Positions 17,787-26,354 of a stretch of DNA of 45,689 nucleotides are shown here, in pieces. Made by a program: the position numbers and the translations under genes. The notes under the pieces were generated by a model. It was not told where the DNA came from. It searched no databases and was given only the letters and a program-made list of their open reading frames with translations. Each line of letters starts with the position of its first letter. Position 1 is the first letter of the stretch. The stretch is from positions 1 to 45,689 of the IMG/VR virus record IMGVR_UViG_3300009095_000002. One strand, 5' to 3'. This DNA is from a virus (lineage: Duplodnaviria > Caudoviricetes).

Positions 17787-18452
17787 TTAGTTTGGTGTAC
17801 AAATCAAATCAAACTGAGGATCATAAATTGAACCTCCGAAAATATTCTTATAGCTGTAATTGTGCTGAATTAAGAATATGTAAATATCATTTTGTGTTAT
17901 GCCAGCTCTATGCAATGTGAAATCGTTGATTTCAATCAACATTTTCGGCCTAAACTTCTTAATTGTTTCCTCAGCTCCTTCAAGGACCTTCAACTCAAAC
18001 CCCTCAACATCTATTTTAATGAAATCACATCTTTCTAATTCAAGGCTGTCAATGGTCAATGACTTTGTTTTGCCTTTCCCTGGCTTAACATAGGTCATAC
18101 CTACATTGTCATCATATTTAACAAGGACCATTTTGCCTGACGTCTCGCCAACGCATGAGTTGAATAGCTCAGTATTTTTAAACTCTGAAAGGTTATGTTG
18201 TAAGCATTCAAATGCATCCTCATTCGGCTCGAAAGCTAAAACCTTGCCGTGTTTCCCAACTGCATTAGAATAGGCTATAGTGTGGTCGCCAATGTATGCG
18301 CCAACATCTAGTACAGTATCGCCTTGCTTGATATGCTTAAGCACAAGCGGCAACATGTTTTGATCATGGTCAAGCCTTCCGCTTTCCTCAGCCCATTTGC
18401 TTATATGCGTATCGTTTTCAAGAATTGCGAAACCTTTTTGCGTAATCTTCAT
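17787..18452 (-). CDS. FkbM-family SAM methyltransferase
   Basis: VLDVGAYIG, AFEPN, FIKIDVEGFELKVLEGA. Confidence 0.95.
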   Translation of the reverse strand: MKITQKGFAILENDTHISKWAEESGRLDHDQNMLPLVLKHIKQGDTVLDVGAYIGDHTIAYSNAVGKHGKVLAFEPNEDAFECLQHNLSEFKNTELFNSCVGETSGKMVLVKYDDNVGMTYVKPGKGKTKSLTIDSLELERCDFIKIDVEGFELKVLEGAEETIKKFRPKMLIEINDFTLHRAGITQNDIYIFLIQHNYSYKNIFGGSIYDPQFDLICTPN

Positions 18453-18455
18453 AAT

Positions 18456-19148
18456 CTATTTTAAATATTGCTCAATTTCTTGTTTTACTTCTGCAGTTAT
18501 TCCTCCCCAGCTCCAAAATTGCCTAACTGGCGAATATGGTATTTCATCATCTGTATCAACAATCTCGTACCTTTCAGATTCAAAATTTTCAATATATGCT
18601 CCTATTGCGTTAAATTCTGAAAATGATCTATGATCGCAATTCAAAATATATTTTTTAATGTTAGGGAACATATCAACAAGACCAACAAGGCTATTCCTAT
18701 GATATACAATAGGGAGCCTCCGCATATATTCAAAATCCACTTTGAAGCCAACAAATTTCTCAGTAATTTCCTTCCAGCAAATCGCATCACCCACCTTCTC
18801 ATATTTTGTTTTCAACAAAATTGGCTTACCATCGCTGAAGAAATCATTAACATTGCAAGGGTGCTTAATTACACAATCGCTATCTAAGAACATTATAAAA
18901 TCAGCGTCTGAGTGTTCAAATGCGAATATTTTACTGATCTGCTGGCCTAAATAGTCATCATCAAATAATTCCTCAGATATAACTATCTCCTGTGTTAAGT
19001 TGAATGGAATTAAGAGGTGGACCTGATCTTTTGGAATAGATATAATTATTTTTCTAAACCCTCTCAAATGCTTATGTATAGATGACAGGCAATGTGCAAG
19101 CCATTGCAGATCATTTTTATAAGTTCGTATAAATATATCAACTGTCAT
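18456..19148 (-). CDS. GT-A glycosyltransferase-like (DUF6492-like)
   Basis: YLGQQISKI, FLDSD (DxD), FSEFNAIG. Confidence 0.75.
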   Translation of the reverse strand: MTVDIFIRTYKNDLQWLAHCLSSIHKHLRGFRKIIISIPKDQVHLLIPFNLTQEIVISEELFDDDYLGQQISKIFAFEHSDADFIMFLDSDCVIKHPCNVNDFFSDGKPILLKTKYEKVGDAICWKEITEKFVGFKVDFEYMRRLPIVYHRNSLVGLVDMFPNIKKYILNCDHRSFSEFNAIGAYIENFESERYEIVDTDDEIPYSPVRQFWSWGGITAEVKQEIEQYLK

Positions 19149-19840
19149 CTTGTGTGTAATCTAATCTGTTTAAATACGTAGTCGCTTACCTGTTCAGCTC
19201 GTGCAAATTTGGCCAATCCCATTTCAGCTTTGAATATGTCTCCGGTTCTTCTCCACTGGTCTACTGAATATTGAACGTTGTGTTTTTTGTGAAATAAATA
19301 AGGCTCTTTAAGATTCATTACCTTAACCTTATTCACTATTGCCGAATACGGTAGCCAATAATCCCAGAAGCATTGACCAAGAGAAAGTATAGTTTGAGGG
19401 AAAATGTCAATCCATTTATAATTTATAAAAAATCCGTCAAAACCCCGCTCATATACTACTCCTTCAGAATGCGAATTAATAAAGTCTCTTCGGTTCATTA
19501 TGACGACCCCGTCTTCAGAGTATTCCTTTATTTTTTCAACGCTATCATTTTGATCGTCAATAATTATATCAGAATTAATAAGCAGGCTATACTTACTTTT
19601 AGCCTCTTTGATATAGTCAATCAATGCGCTCGCTGTTACATAAGGCTTTCCAAAAATATGTTTTGTATGCCTGAATGTATGAATGAATTTTACATCCTTG
19701 AATTCTTTTTCCAGCAACTCAATTTCTTCAGCAACATTCAAAGATACGACCTCATAGCCCGCCTTAATCCAACTATCAATAGCGATTCTTTGATTTTCGT
19801 AATTCTTATGTCCTGGCGATATAGAAGTAATGGCAATCAT
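19145..19840 (-). CDS. GT-A glycosyltransferase-like
   Basis: INSDI, GFDGFF, LGQCFWDYWL, HKKH. Confidence 0.7.
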   Translation of the reverse strand: MIAITSISPGHKNYENQRIAIDSWIKAGYEVVSLNVAEEIELLEKEFKDVKFIHTFRHTKHIFGKPYVTASALIDYIKEAKSKYSLLINSDIIIDDQNDSVEKIKEYSEDGVVIMNRRDFINSHSEGVVYERGFDGFFINYKWIDIFPQTILSLGQCFWDYWLPYSAIVNKVKVMNLKEPYLFHKKHNVQYSVDQWRRTGDIFKAEMGLAKFARAEQVSDYVFKQIRLHTR

Positions 19841-20697
19841 TTTTTTAACCCAACAAATTTACCCTTGTATAGCCTATGTGATTTGTATAAGTGATTCTTG
19901 TTTTGTGAATTCATTACCTTTTGTAAAATCCTATCATACACTTTGTGCGCGAATGGCTGGACTAATCCAACAGCTCCATGCATCGCCAATATTTGATATT
20001 TTTTGAATAGATCTGACTCCTGAATACTTCTGTTTGGGAAGTAAATAGGATTTAAATTATGATCTGGCAAAACATCCAACTGAGCCATGGTAGCAGAGTA
20101 ATACAACTCATCCGGATGCTGGCTCGACTTTCCCCACATATGCCAGTATTCTTCAGGGTTAAGCCTATTGTTAATATAATTATATTCAACTTTTTTGAAG
20201 AACTCTTTTGTCTTATTTGATCTGTCAAACCACATTATAGAGGTCTGAAGAGCTGGTAAAACTGAATCATCATTTAGGTTAAACTTCTCCCAAATGGTTT
20301 CATTTGTAGCCCACAGGCTATACTGAATTTTTTTATCTTTCTTCCCTGAGTCAATTACCTGAACATACAGGCTTTCACTCTCTAATCTTTCAATTAATCC
20401 TTCAAGGCTATTAATGCAAACCCCATCTACGTCAAGATATAATGTCTTATCAAATGGCGAACGCTCAAACAGTTTTATTTTCGCCAAGCAATTATCTATT
20501 CTCCCCTTTTCGTCCTTCTCAAAATCTATTACCTCGAAAGAGTCAAATATAGTAGTATCAATGTCGTTAATACTGTCAATATCACACAATAAGTGAATAT
20601 TGGCAGCAGGATAAAAATACTTAATTGAATGCGCCATATTGTAAGCATACGCACCATAAGGATTAGACCCGAAACACATTAATAAAATACCAGTCAT
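19837..20697 (-). CDS. Glycosyltransferase (GT8 / nucleotide-diphospho-sugar transferase-like)
   Basis: KIKLFERSPFDKTLYLDVD, HPDE. Confidence 0.8.
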   Translation of the reverse strand: MTGILLMCFGSNPYGAYAYNMAHSIKYFYPAANIHLLCDIDSINDIDTTIFDSFEVIDFEKDEKGRIDNCLAKIKLFERSPFDKTLYLDVDGVCINSLEGLIERLESESLYVQVIDSGKKDKKIQYSLWATNETIWEKFNLNDDSVLPALQTSIMWFDRSNKTKEFFKKVEYNYINNRLNPEEYWHMWGKSSQHPDELYYSATMAQLDVLPDHNLNPIYFPNRSIQESDLFKKYQILAMHGAVGLVQPFAHKVYDRILQKVMNSQNKNHLYKSHRLYKGKFVGLKK

Positions 20698-20712
20698 AAA
20701 ATATTTTTATAT

Positions 20713-20740
20713 AAAAAAGGCAGGCCGATTAAGGCCCACC
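20713..20740 (-). terminator. Imperfect terminator after tail tube gene
   Basis: GGTGGGCC-N-GGCCTGCC followed by U6. Confidence 0.6.
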
Positions 20741-20743
20741 CGA

Positions 20744-21280
20744 TTAGAAGACACCAACAGGAGCTTCGTATAACACTGGCATAGTCTCTTGCACTGCCTG
20801 TGACCATTTGGCCGTAATAAGGTAGTTTTGCTTCTCCTTATTTGACCTTGGTATCACAAGTCGGGATACAAAGTTTACGCCTCTTTCGATAACTCTAATT
20901 TGCTCTTCCTCGCACATATACAGGACAAGTCCGGCAAATTGTGAAAGATTTAGAAGCCTGTAAAATTCATCGTTGGTTGCGTTAACGTTGAAATCTGTAA
21001 TTTCAACAGTATAATCAAACCCATCAACGATAGTTTCAGCTCCACATGCAGAAGGGTTTTCTCCCTCAACCGGAGAAGGTTCTGGCAATTCAGCCTTGAT
21101 AGGAGAAATTATTTTGTATTTCCCGTCCAAGATTGCAGCTTGCGTTTGCTCTGCGCTGGAAAAGTCGGTAATTCCATGGCCGCTGAGTAAAATAGCAGCT
21201 GCCGAAATTCCACCTTTAGGATAGTAACAATTATTTTTTTCGTGTTCGGTTAGATCCTCGAACGTGCAATCAAATGACAT
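20744..21280 (-). CDS. Major tail tube protein (putative)
   Basis: Acidic 178 aa from MSFDC; own promoter, leader motif and terminator, as expected for a highly expressed gene. Confidence 0.6.
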   Translation of the reverse strand: MSFDCTFEDLTEHEKNNCYYPKGGISAAAILLSGHGITDFSSAEQTQAAILDGKYKIISPIKAELPEPSPVEGENPSACGAETIVDGFDYTVEITDFNVNATNDEFYRLLNLSQFAGLVLYMCEEEQIRVIERGVNFVSRLVIPRSNKEKQNYLITAKWSQAVQETMPVLYEAPVGVF

Positions 21281-21300
21281 AGTAGTTGCATTTTTAATCG

Positions 21301-21340
21301 TTCCCCGCTCTCTGTGATGCCTGACGGGTTGACGGCAACT
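21301..21340 (-). ncRNA. AGUUGCC..GGCA pseudoknot-like leader motif
   Basis: AGUUGCC-GUCAACCCGUCA-GGCA-UCACAGAGA-GCGGGG. Confidence 0.6.
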
Positions 21341-21359
21341 AAAAAAACTACGCTTGTAA

Positions 21360-21391
21360 CAAAAATACACTTTTTCGAGTATTTACAAAAA
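21360..21391 (-). promoter_or_regulatory. Late promoter
   Basis: TTTTTGTAAA...TATTTTTG; the same TTTTTGTAAA occurs at 30501-30510. Confidence 0.6.
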
Positions 21392-21428
21392 CTTTTGTTA
21401 CATTTCGAACAATTAAACAAATTAACGT

Positions 21429-21953
21429 ATGAGACTAATTTTTATAATGTTATTTTTTAGCCAGTTATCATTTGGCCAAGTTCAGATCAAAGGGGGAGTA
21501 AATATGTCGCAGACGACCGAATCAAAGTCTAGGATGGGATACCAGTTAGGGGTAGGAAAGGACTTTAAAATCAAAAATTTAATTCTGGTTCCTGAAGCAA
21601 TGTTTTCTTTGAAACGTGCTATGTTCACAGGCCAGGAAATTCACATGAACTACATTGAGCCTGGATTTTTGGTAGGATATGAAAAAAATGATAAGTATAT
21701 TTTTGGCGGGAATTCTCTTTCTGTAAACATCTATTCTAAATCAAAAACAATGATTTCGCCTCGTGAATTTCTTTTCCTTCCAGTTCCGCTTACAAATAAC
21801 ATTGATTGGGTACAAGTTTTCGGATTCGGATATAAGGTTAAGGCAGAGGGAGAGGTGCTATTTTTAGAAGCTCGTGGAAGCTTCGGAACTCTGAATCAAT
21901 ACAGAAAATCAAAAAATATAAGTATTGGAATTGTGGCTGGAATTTATTTCTAG
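21429..21953 (+). CDS. Outer-membrane beta-barrel protein (PorT-like), moron
   Basis: Signal peptide, IKGGVNMS, alternating beta strands, C-terminal GIYF; opposite strand to neighbours. Confidence 0.85.
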   Translation: MRLIFIMLFFSQLSFGQVQIKGGVNMSQTTESKSRMGYQLGVGKDFKIKNLILVPEAMFSLKRAMFTGQEIHMNYIEPGFLVGYEKNDKYIFGGNSLSVNIYSKSKTMISPREFLFLPVPLTNNIDWVQVFGFGYKVKAEGEVLFLEARGSFGTLNQYRKSKNISIGIVAGIYF

Positions 21954-22804
21954 CCACAATTGCTGTTTATCAGGTTTTGATTTTTCTTAATTGCTCGCAA
22001 AAGCACTGGCGCAAGATTACTTGAATTTCTCCAAGTTGGCGAATATTCATCCTCCTCAAATACATATTCAACCCCATCAAGCTTTACCATGTCGTGATTA
22101 ATACCAATTGACAATGCATCGTGCAAATACTCTGGCAACTCCTGAACGCTTAATAACTGGTCCTTCACAACCCGGGCGTAAAGTATTTGTCTGTTGCCCT
22201 TGCTATCAACGTAAATTTCCTTAATGTCAGAATTATATTTTGGTTGCCACAACTTAGCCGGAACTCTCAATGATTGAGTAAAGTCTAATCCTGAATAATC
22301 AAACCCAAACGCCGATTCGTTGTTTGTCCACGTAACTAATATTGTGCATTCGTGTTCTAATTTTACGTAGAAGCACTCAGAAACGTATTCAAGTCCATCA
22401 TTCATTTCAATCGTATAGCAGCCTTCCGGTAGATCTTCCCAATTGACTTTGTAGCGCAAATAAAATCCGCTACCGTCAATGTCTCCGGGAGTTGAGGCAT
22501 ATACAATATTACCCAACTGATCTTTAATAACATAATCGTAAGCCTGTGTTACAATTATATTGTCTATACAAACATTGCCAATTCCAGTAATAGTGAATGA
22601 ACTCTGTGTTGCTGTATAAATACCTGAAACATCATCAGTAAACTCTGGCTGGCCCAAGAAAGAACCTAATTTTATTTTACCTGTCCCTGATAATTCAATC
22701 TGAACATAGTAAGCCGTTCCAGGTGTAAGAATTCCCGTAGAAGAAAGCGTATTTTCACCTTCTCCGTCATAACATGCAACGCCTTCATTATTATCCCATC
22801 CCAT
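21950..22804 (-). CDS. Tail structural protein
   Basis: Acidic, beta-rich; tail module. Confidence 0.6.
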   Translation of the reverse strand: MGWDNNEGVACYDGEGENTLSSTGILTPGTAYYVQIELSGTGKIKLGSFLGQPEFTDDVSGIYTATQSSFTITGIGNVCIDNIIVTQAYDYVIKDQLGNIVYASTPGDIDGSGFYLRYKVNWEDLPEGCYTIEMNDGLEYVSECFYVKLEHECTILVTWTNNESAFGFDYSGLDFTQSLRVPAKLWQPKYNSDIKEIYVDSKGNRQILYARVVKDQLLSVQELPEYLHDALSIGINHDMVKLDGVEYVFEEDEYSPTWRNSSNLAPVLLRAIKKNQNLINSNCG

Positions 22805-22806
22805 AA

Positions 22807-23340
22807 TTAAGATATAAAGTCTGAAATATCATTTTTTGCCTGATACGTAATGTGCAGAGAAAAAACGGCATTCTCTGCAGAAAACATCAGGCCGTCTTCT
22901 AGCGGAACACTCAAATTCCCAGATGAATCAAATGTTACATATCCAGCAGGGTTAATTGGGTAAACGCCACCGCCATTAAACAACTGTTTTGAGCATATCA
23001 GCGTTCCAACAACAACGCTATCTTCTTCACCCTTATACAAATCTTTTAATTCATATTGAGGGTTGAAAGAAGTTGAAAACCCATCCACCCAATCGGCAGT
23101 GATAAATATACTTAACTCTACTGTCTTTCCATTTCTCCTAGCATAGATACTATCGTTAACATTTTCCCAATTAATTGATGGCATTGTTTTGGACGAATAC
23201 ACGTCTGTATTAGCCTGAATAACATCAAGATTAACCGTTGAATTAAGATCTAAAGCAGCGTTTCGGCTATCAATTATCTGGTTAACTATATCTCTTAGCG
23301 GCCCCCATTTATCAGTATTTTCCCAGTGTGGTATTTCCAT
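22807..23340 (-). CDS. Tail-associated protein
   Basis: YARRNGKTVELSI motif typical of fibre/baseplate C-terminal domains. Confidence 0.55.
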   Translation of the reverse strand: MEIPHWENTDKWGPLRDIVNQIIDSRNAALDLNSTVNLDVIQANTDVYSSKTMPSINWENVNDSIYARRNGKTVELSIFITADWVDGFSTSFNPQYELKDLYKGEEDSVVVGTLICSKQLFNGGGVYPINPAGYVTFDSSGNLSVPLEDGLMFSAENAVFSLHITYQAKNDISDFIS

Positions 23341-23352
23341 AATGTTTTATTT

Positions 23353-24081
23353 TTAATAGTAAATTGTAACCGCTTTTAATCCAGCAAATAAATTTTCTGA
23401 AATCACAAGCCAACACCCGCTCTCATCACCTGTAATATTATCAATAGTAACAGTATATACCACGTCATCAACCTCAATAGTTATATCATTACCTACCTCA
23501 AATAGTGCTGTATCAGGGCAAGATATATAAATTTTGTTTGAAGGTTGGCCTATACCTGAATATTTACAAAGGAAATCAAGCAACTGGCAGTTTAAGAACG
23601 CCCCCAATGGCAAATCTGAATCGATCAAATCCTGAAGAGATGAACATTCATAATCACCACAATTAGCATTTACAAATATCTCAAATGTTGCCGATCCTTC
23701 GTTACCGTCTGTATCTCTAGCAATGATTGTATATTCGCCTTCGCACAGATCTTCAAATAAGCCTGAGCTACTGAAGTTAATACCATCAATTGAATATTCG
23801 TATGGTCCTCCGTTCCCTCCTGTTGCAGTGGCATCAATTTCGCCCTCGCAAACGCCTTCGGTAGTATTAACAGGATAAGCCGATACTACAATTTCATCAA
23901 TCAAGTTCCAGTCATCAAATCCAGATTCAAAATTAGCATTAGGAACAACCTGAGAAGATTTAATCTCAAATTGTGTCTGGTCATTGTTATTAACAAGCTG
24001 GCAATACGACTTTTCCCAGCATACGCAACCTGTCTGCTTGTTAAATTCAACCACCTGATTTTTAATAATTGTTATTCCCAT
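23353..24081 (-). CDS. Tail protein with SprB-like repeat
   Basis: ATGGNGGPYEYSIDG...FEDLCEGEYTIIARD. Confidence 0.7.
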   Translation of the reverse strand: MGITIIKNQVVEFNKQTGCVCWEKSYCQLVNNNDQTQFEIKSSQVVPNANFESGFDDWNLIDEIVVSAYPVNTTEGVCEGEIDATATGGNGGPYEYSIDGINFSSSGLFEDLCEGEYTIIARDTDGNEGSATFEIFVNANCGDYECSSLQDLIDSDLPLGAFLNCQLLDFLCKYSGIGQPSNKIYISCPDTALFEVGNDITIEVDDVVYTVTIDNITGDESGCWLVISENLFAGLKAVTIYY

Positions 24082-26354
24082 GCTCTTAATAACTTAAATT
24101 GAGTTAGCCCTGTAAGCATTCTATACCTCAGCTCTACAACATATCCTCTCTTGTAATTGTCTTCTCCGGAGCTGAATTCTATACACTTATAAGGGCTTTC
24201 TTGCAATTGCTTAAACTGTGTAAATGTCAATGGGGCCGTAAATTCGTAAAACTCTGGAATCCAGATAGGATTATTATCTGAATTGTTAGACGAATCCCAT
24301 TGGTAACTTTCTCCGTCATTCAATATCTCATTATTCCAAGCACCTGAACAATTATCTAATTGCCGTGAAGCCATTACATAATTTCCTTCCCCGTATGTAA
24401 ATTTAATATCTTTCCCCGGATATTTATATACCGAAGGATTAATTACATTGCTTCTTCTAAGTAAATTTCTAAGTGGGGAAATACGTAAATTATAGGCAGT
24501 TTGAGGGCTAATCAAATCCTCTATGTCTGCATAATTCTCATCCTTCTCAGCTATCGTTAATCCGGTTGGATTTCCTGATCCGTCCGTTGATCTATTCAGG
24601 CAAATTATAAAAGTATTGTTATCATACTTATAATCCTCAGTTGAGTTATCTAAATACTTCTTTCTTCTAGTAAATTCAATAGCATACCCAGAGGCAACAA
24701 GGTTACTTAATATTTCATCTGTCTCTCCGATAGTTTTTAAACCTAATGTAAACTGTCTCTTTGAGTTAAATTCATCAATACCATTTATTTCTTCGTTCTC
24801 CCATGTGCTATATCCAATTGTAATATTATTGTAATAATACTCTGTAGCAACCGTCATCTTTATATCAAGATTTGACAACCTGAATATTACTGTATTGTCG
24901 TAGAAGTGATCTTTAGGTTCAATTCTTATTTTGTGGGAATCTCCAATTTTCTCAACACCCATACCCAAGTTGTCTATTGGGTCTAATCCAAAATACAACT
25001 CCTTCATTGAAACAGAATGAGGCTTGTTCTTCTTAGGATCAGTAGAAGTTAATGGGAATTGGCGAATCTGAAGGCCGTTAGTTATCGCCCTGAAAGAACC
25101 ACACCCATTTGAATTGTATGCAACTGGCTCAGAGTTTTTCCGGCCAAAATAATTACTACGGATCGGATCAGGATCATTTGTAATTGACTGAGCCACTATC
25201 GCCAGAGCTTCATGTATTGCAAATACGTTACATTGCGACTCTGGAACAGTACTAGCAACGATAGCATTTATTTGAGTAGTTGTTTCATATACATAATCTA
25301 AATCGAGAAAAACATAAATTGGGTATCCGTCCTCAATCATAGGTGGGTTATCATCCGGAAAGTCAATGTTATTCATGTCATGCCTAAGCCTCACATAATA
25401 CAATGATGGGACAGTAACAGTTTCGCTAAATGTGAATGAAACCGGAACAGGAACAGACGTACTAACACTAGTTTCTGAGGCAATTAAAATACTATCTACT
25501 AATGAATAATTTTCATCAAGAACATCCAAGTAATAGAAATAGCCTTTACCAATAGTAAGAACAGGAGAAAGAAAACTTCCAACATACTGTATTTGTTGGT
25601 ATGAAGTAAAGTTAATAGTTCCTGAAATAGTTATTTCTTGTTCTGCGCCAATAAGATTTTGTAGAATAGCCGAAGATGGGTCGTCGTAAACATAAAATGA
25701 GCTCTGAGAGCCTGGTATATCTGATCCAACTAAATCTAATGGAGGAGAGTGAAGTGTTCCTATTGTTATTTCAACAGTATTTCCTGGTGGATTAGGGCTC
25801 CATTCAGACTGAAAGACAATTTCCTTACTATGCAACGTCATTTGATACGGGGCAAACGAATATGAGTTCATTGGTTCGCCATCAATAGTATTTGTATCTG
25901 TAAGAATAACCTTTGTATCTAATCTACTCTTGAAAGTAGTATACATGCTTACCTGCTCAACATCTGCATAGGAGAAGTCCCGATCCGTGCCGTACGTACT
26001 GAGATTTAAAATTCCCTCAAAGAATGGCTCAAAGTCACAACCTTCTGAAGGTGTACCATAATCGTCTGAATAGTCTATTGAATAATCTAGTGAATCATCA
26101 CCAGGTATGCAACCACATACAGTAAGAATATTGAAGCTTATTTGGCCATCAACTCCGTATTCATCATATATCTTATCGATATATTCTTTCCCAGCACCGC
26201 AGAAGAATTTAACCGGTACATTGCATGAAACGTCAATACCGTGAAGCTCTTTATCACGATTAAACTCAATTACTAAATCTTCCCAACCTACAGGATCATG
26301 CGGTAAAATAAAAGTTCCGTATACCGGATTTGAAAGGGTAAACCTGAAAATCAT
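24072..26354 (-). CDS. Tail tip / baseplate hub-like protein
   Basis: 760 aa directly after the tape measure gene. Confidence 0.6.
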   Translation of the reverse strand: MIFRFTLSNPVYGTFILPHDPVGWEDLVIEFNRDKELHGIDVSCNVPVKFFCGAGKEYIDKIYDEYGVDGQISFNILTVCGCIPGDDSLDYSIDYSDDYGTPSEGCDFEPFFEGILNLSTYGTDRDFSYADVEQVSMYTTFKSRLDTKVILTDTNTIDGEPMNSYSFAPYQMTLHSKEIVFQSEWSPNPPGNTVEITIGTLHSPPLDLVGSDIPGSQSSFYVYDDPSSAILQNLIGAEQEITISGTINFTSYQQIQYVGSFLSPVLTIGKGYFYYLDVLDENYSLVDSILIASETSVSTSVPVPVSFTFSETVTVPSLYYVRLRHDMNNIDFPDDNPPMIEDGYPIYVFLDLDYVYETTTQINAIVASTVPESQCNVFAIHEALAIVAQSITNDPDPIRSNYFGRKNSEPVAYNSNGCGSFRAITNGLQIRQFPLTSTDPKKNKPHSVSMKELYFGLDPIDNLGMGVEKIGDSHKIRIEPKDHFYDNTVIFRLSNLDIKMTVATEYYYNNITIGYSTWENEEINGIDEFNSKRQFTLGLKTIGETDEILSNLVASGYAIEFTRRKKYLDNSTEDYKYDNNTFIICLNRSTDGSGNPTGLTIAEKDENYADIEDLISPQTAYNLRISPLRNLLRRSNVINPSVYKYPGKDIKFTYGEGNYVMASRQLDNCSGAWNNEILNDGESYQWDSSNNSDNNPIWIPEFYEFTAPLTFTQFKQLQESPYKCIEFSSGEDNYKRGYVVELRYRMLTGLTQFKLLRAWE

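Noticed and set aside
19373-19894. 173-aa plus-strand ORF and other plus-strand ORFs in the late region
   Set aside because: Antisense to well-supported genes; no recognisable features
21281-21370. N-terminal extension of the tail tube ORF
   Set aside because: It overlaps the promoter and RNA leader motif; MSFDC start preferred
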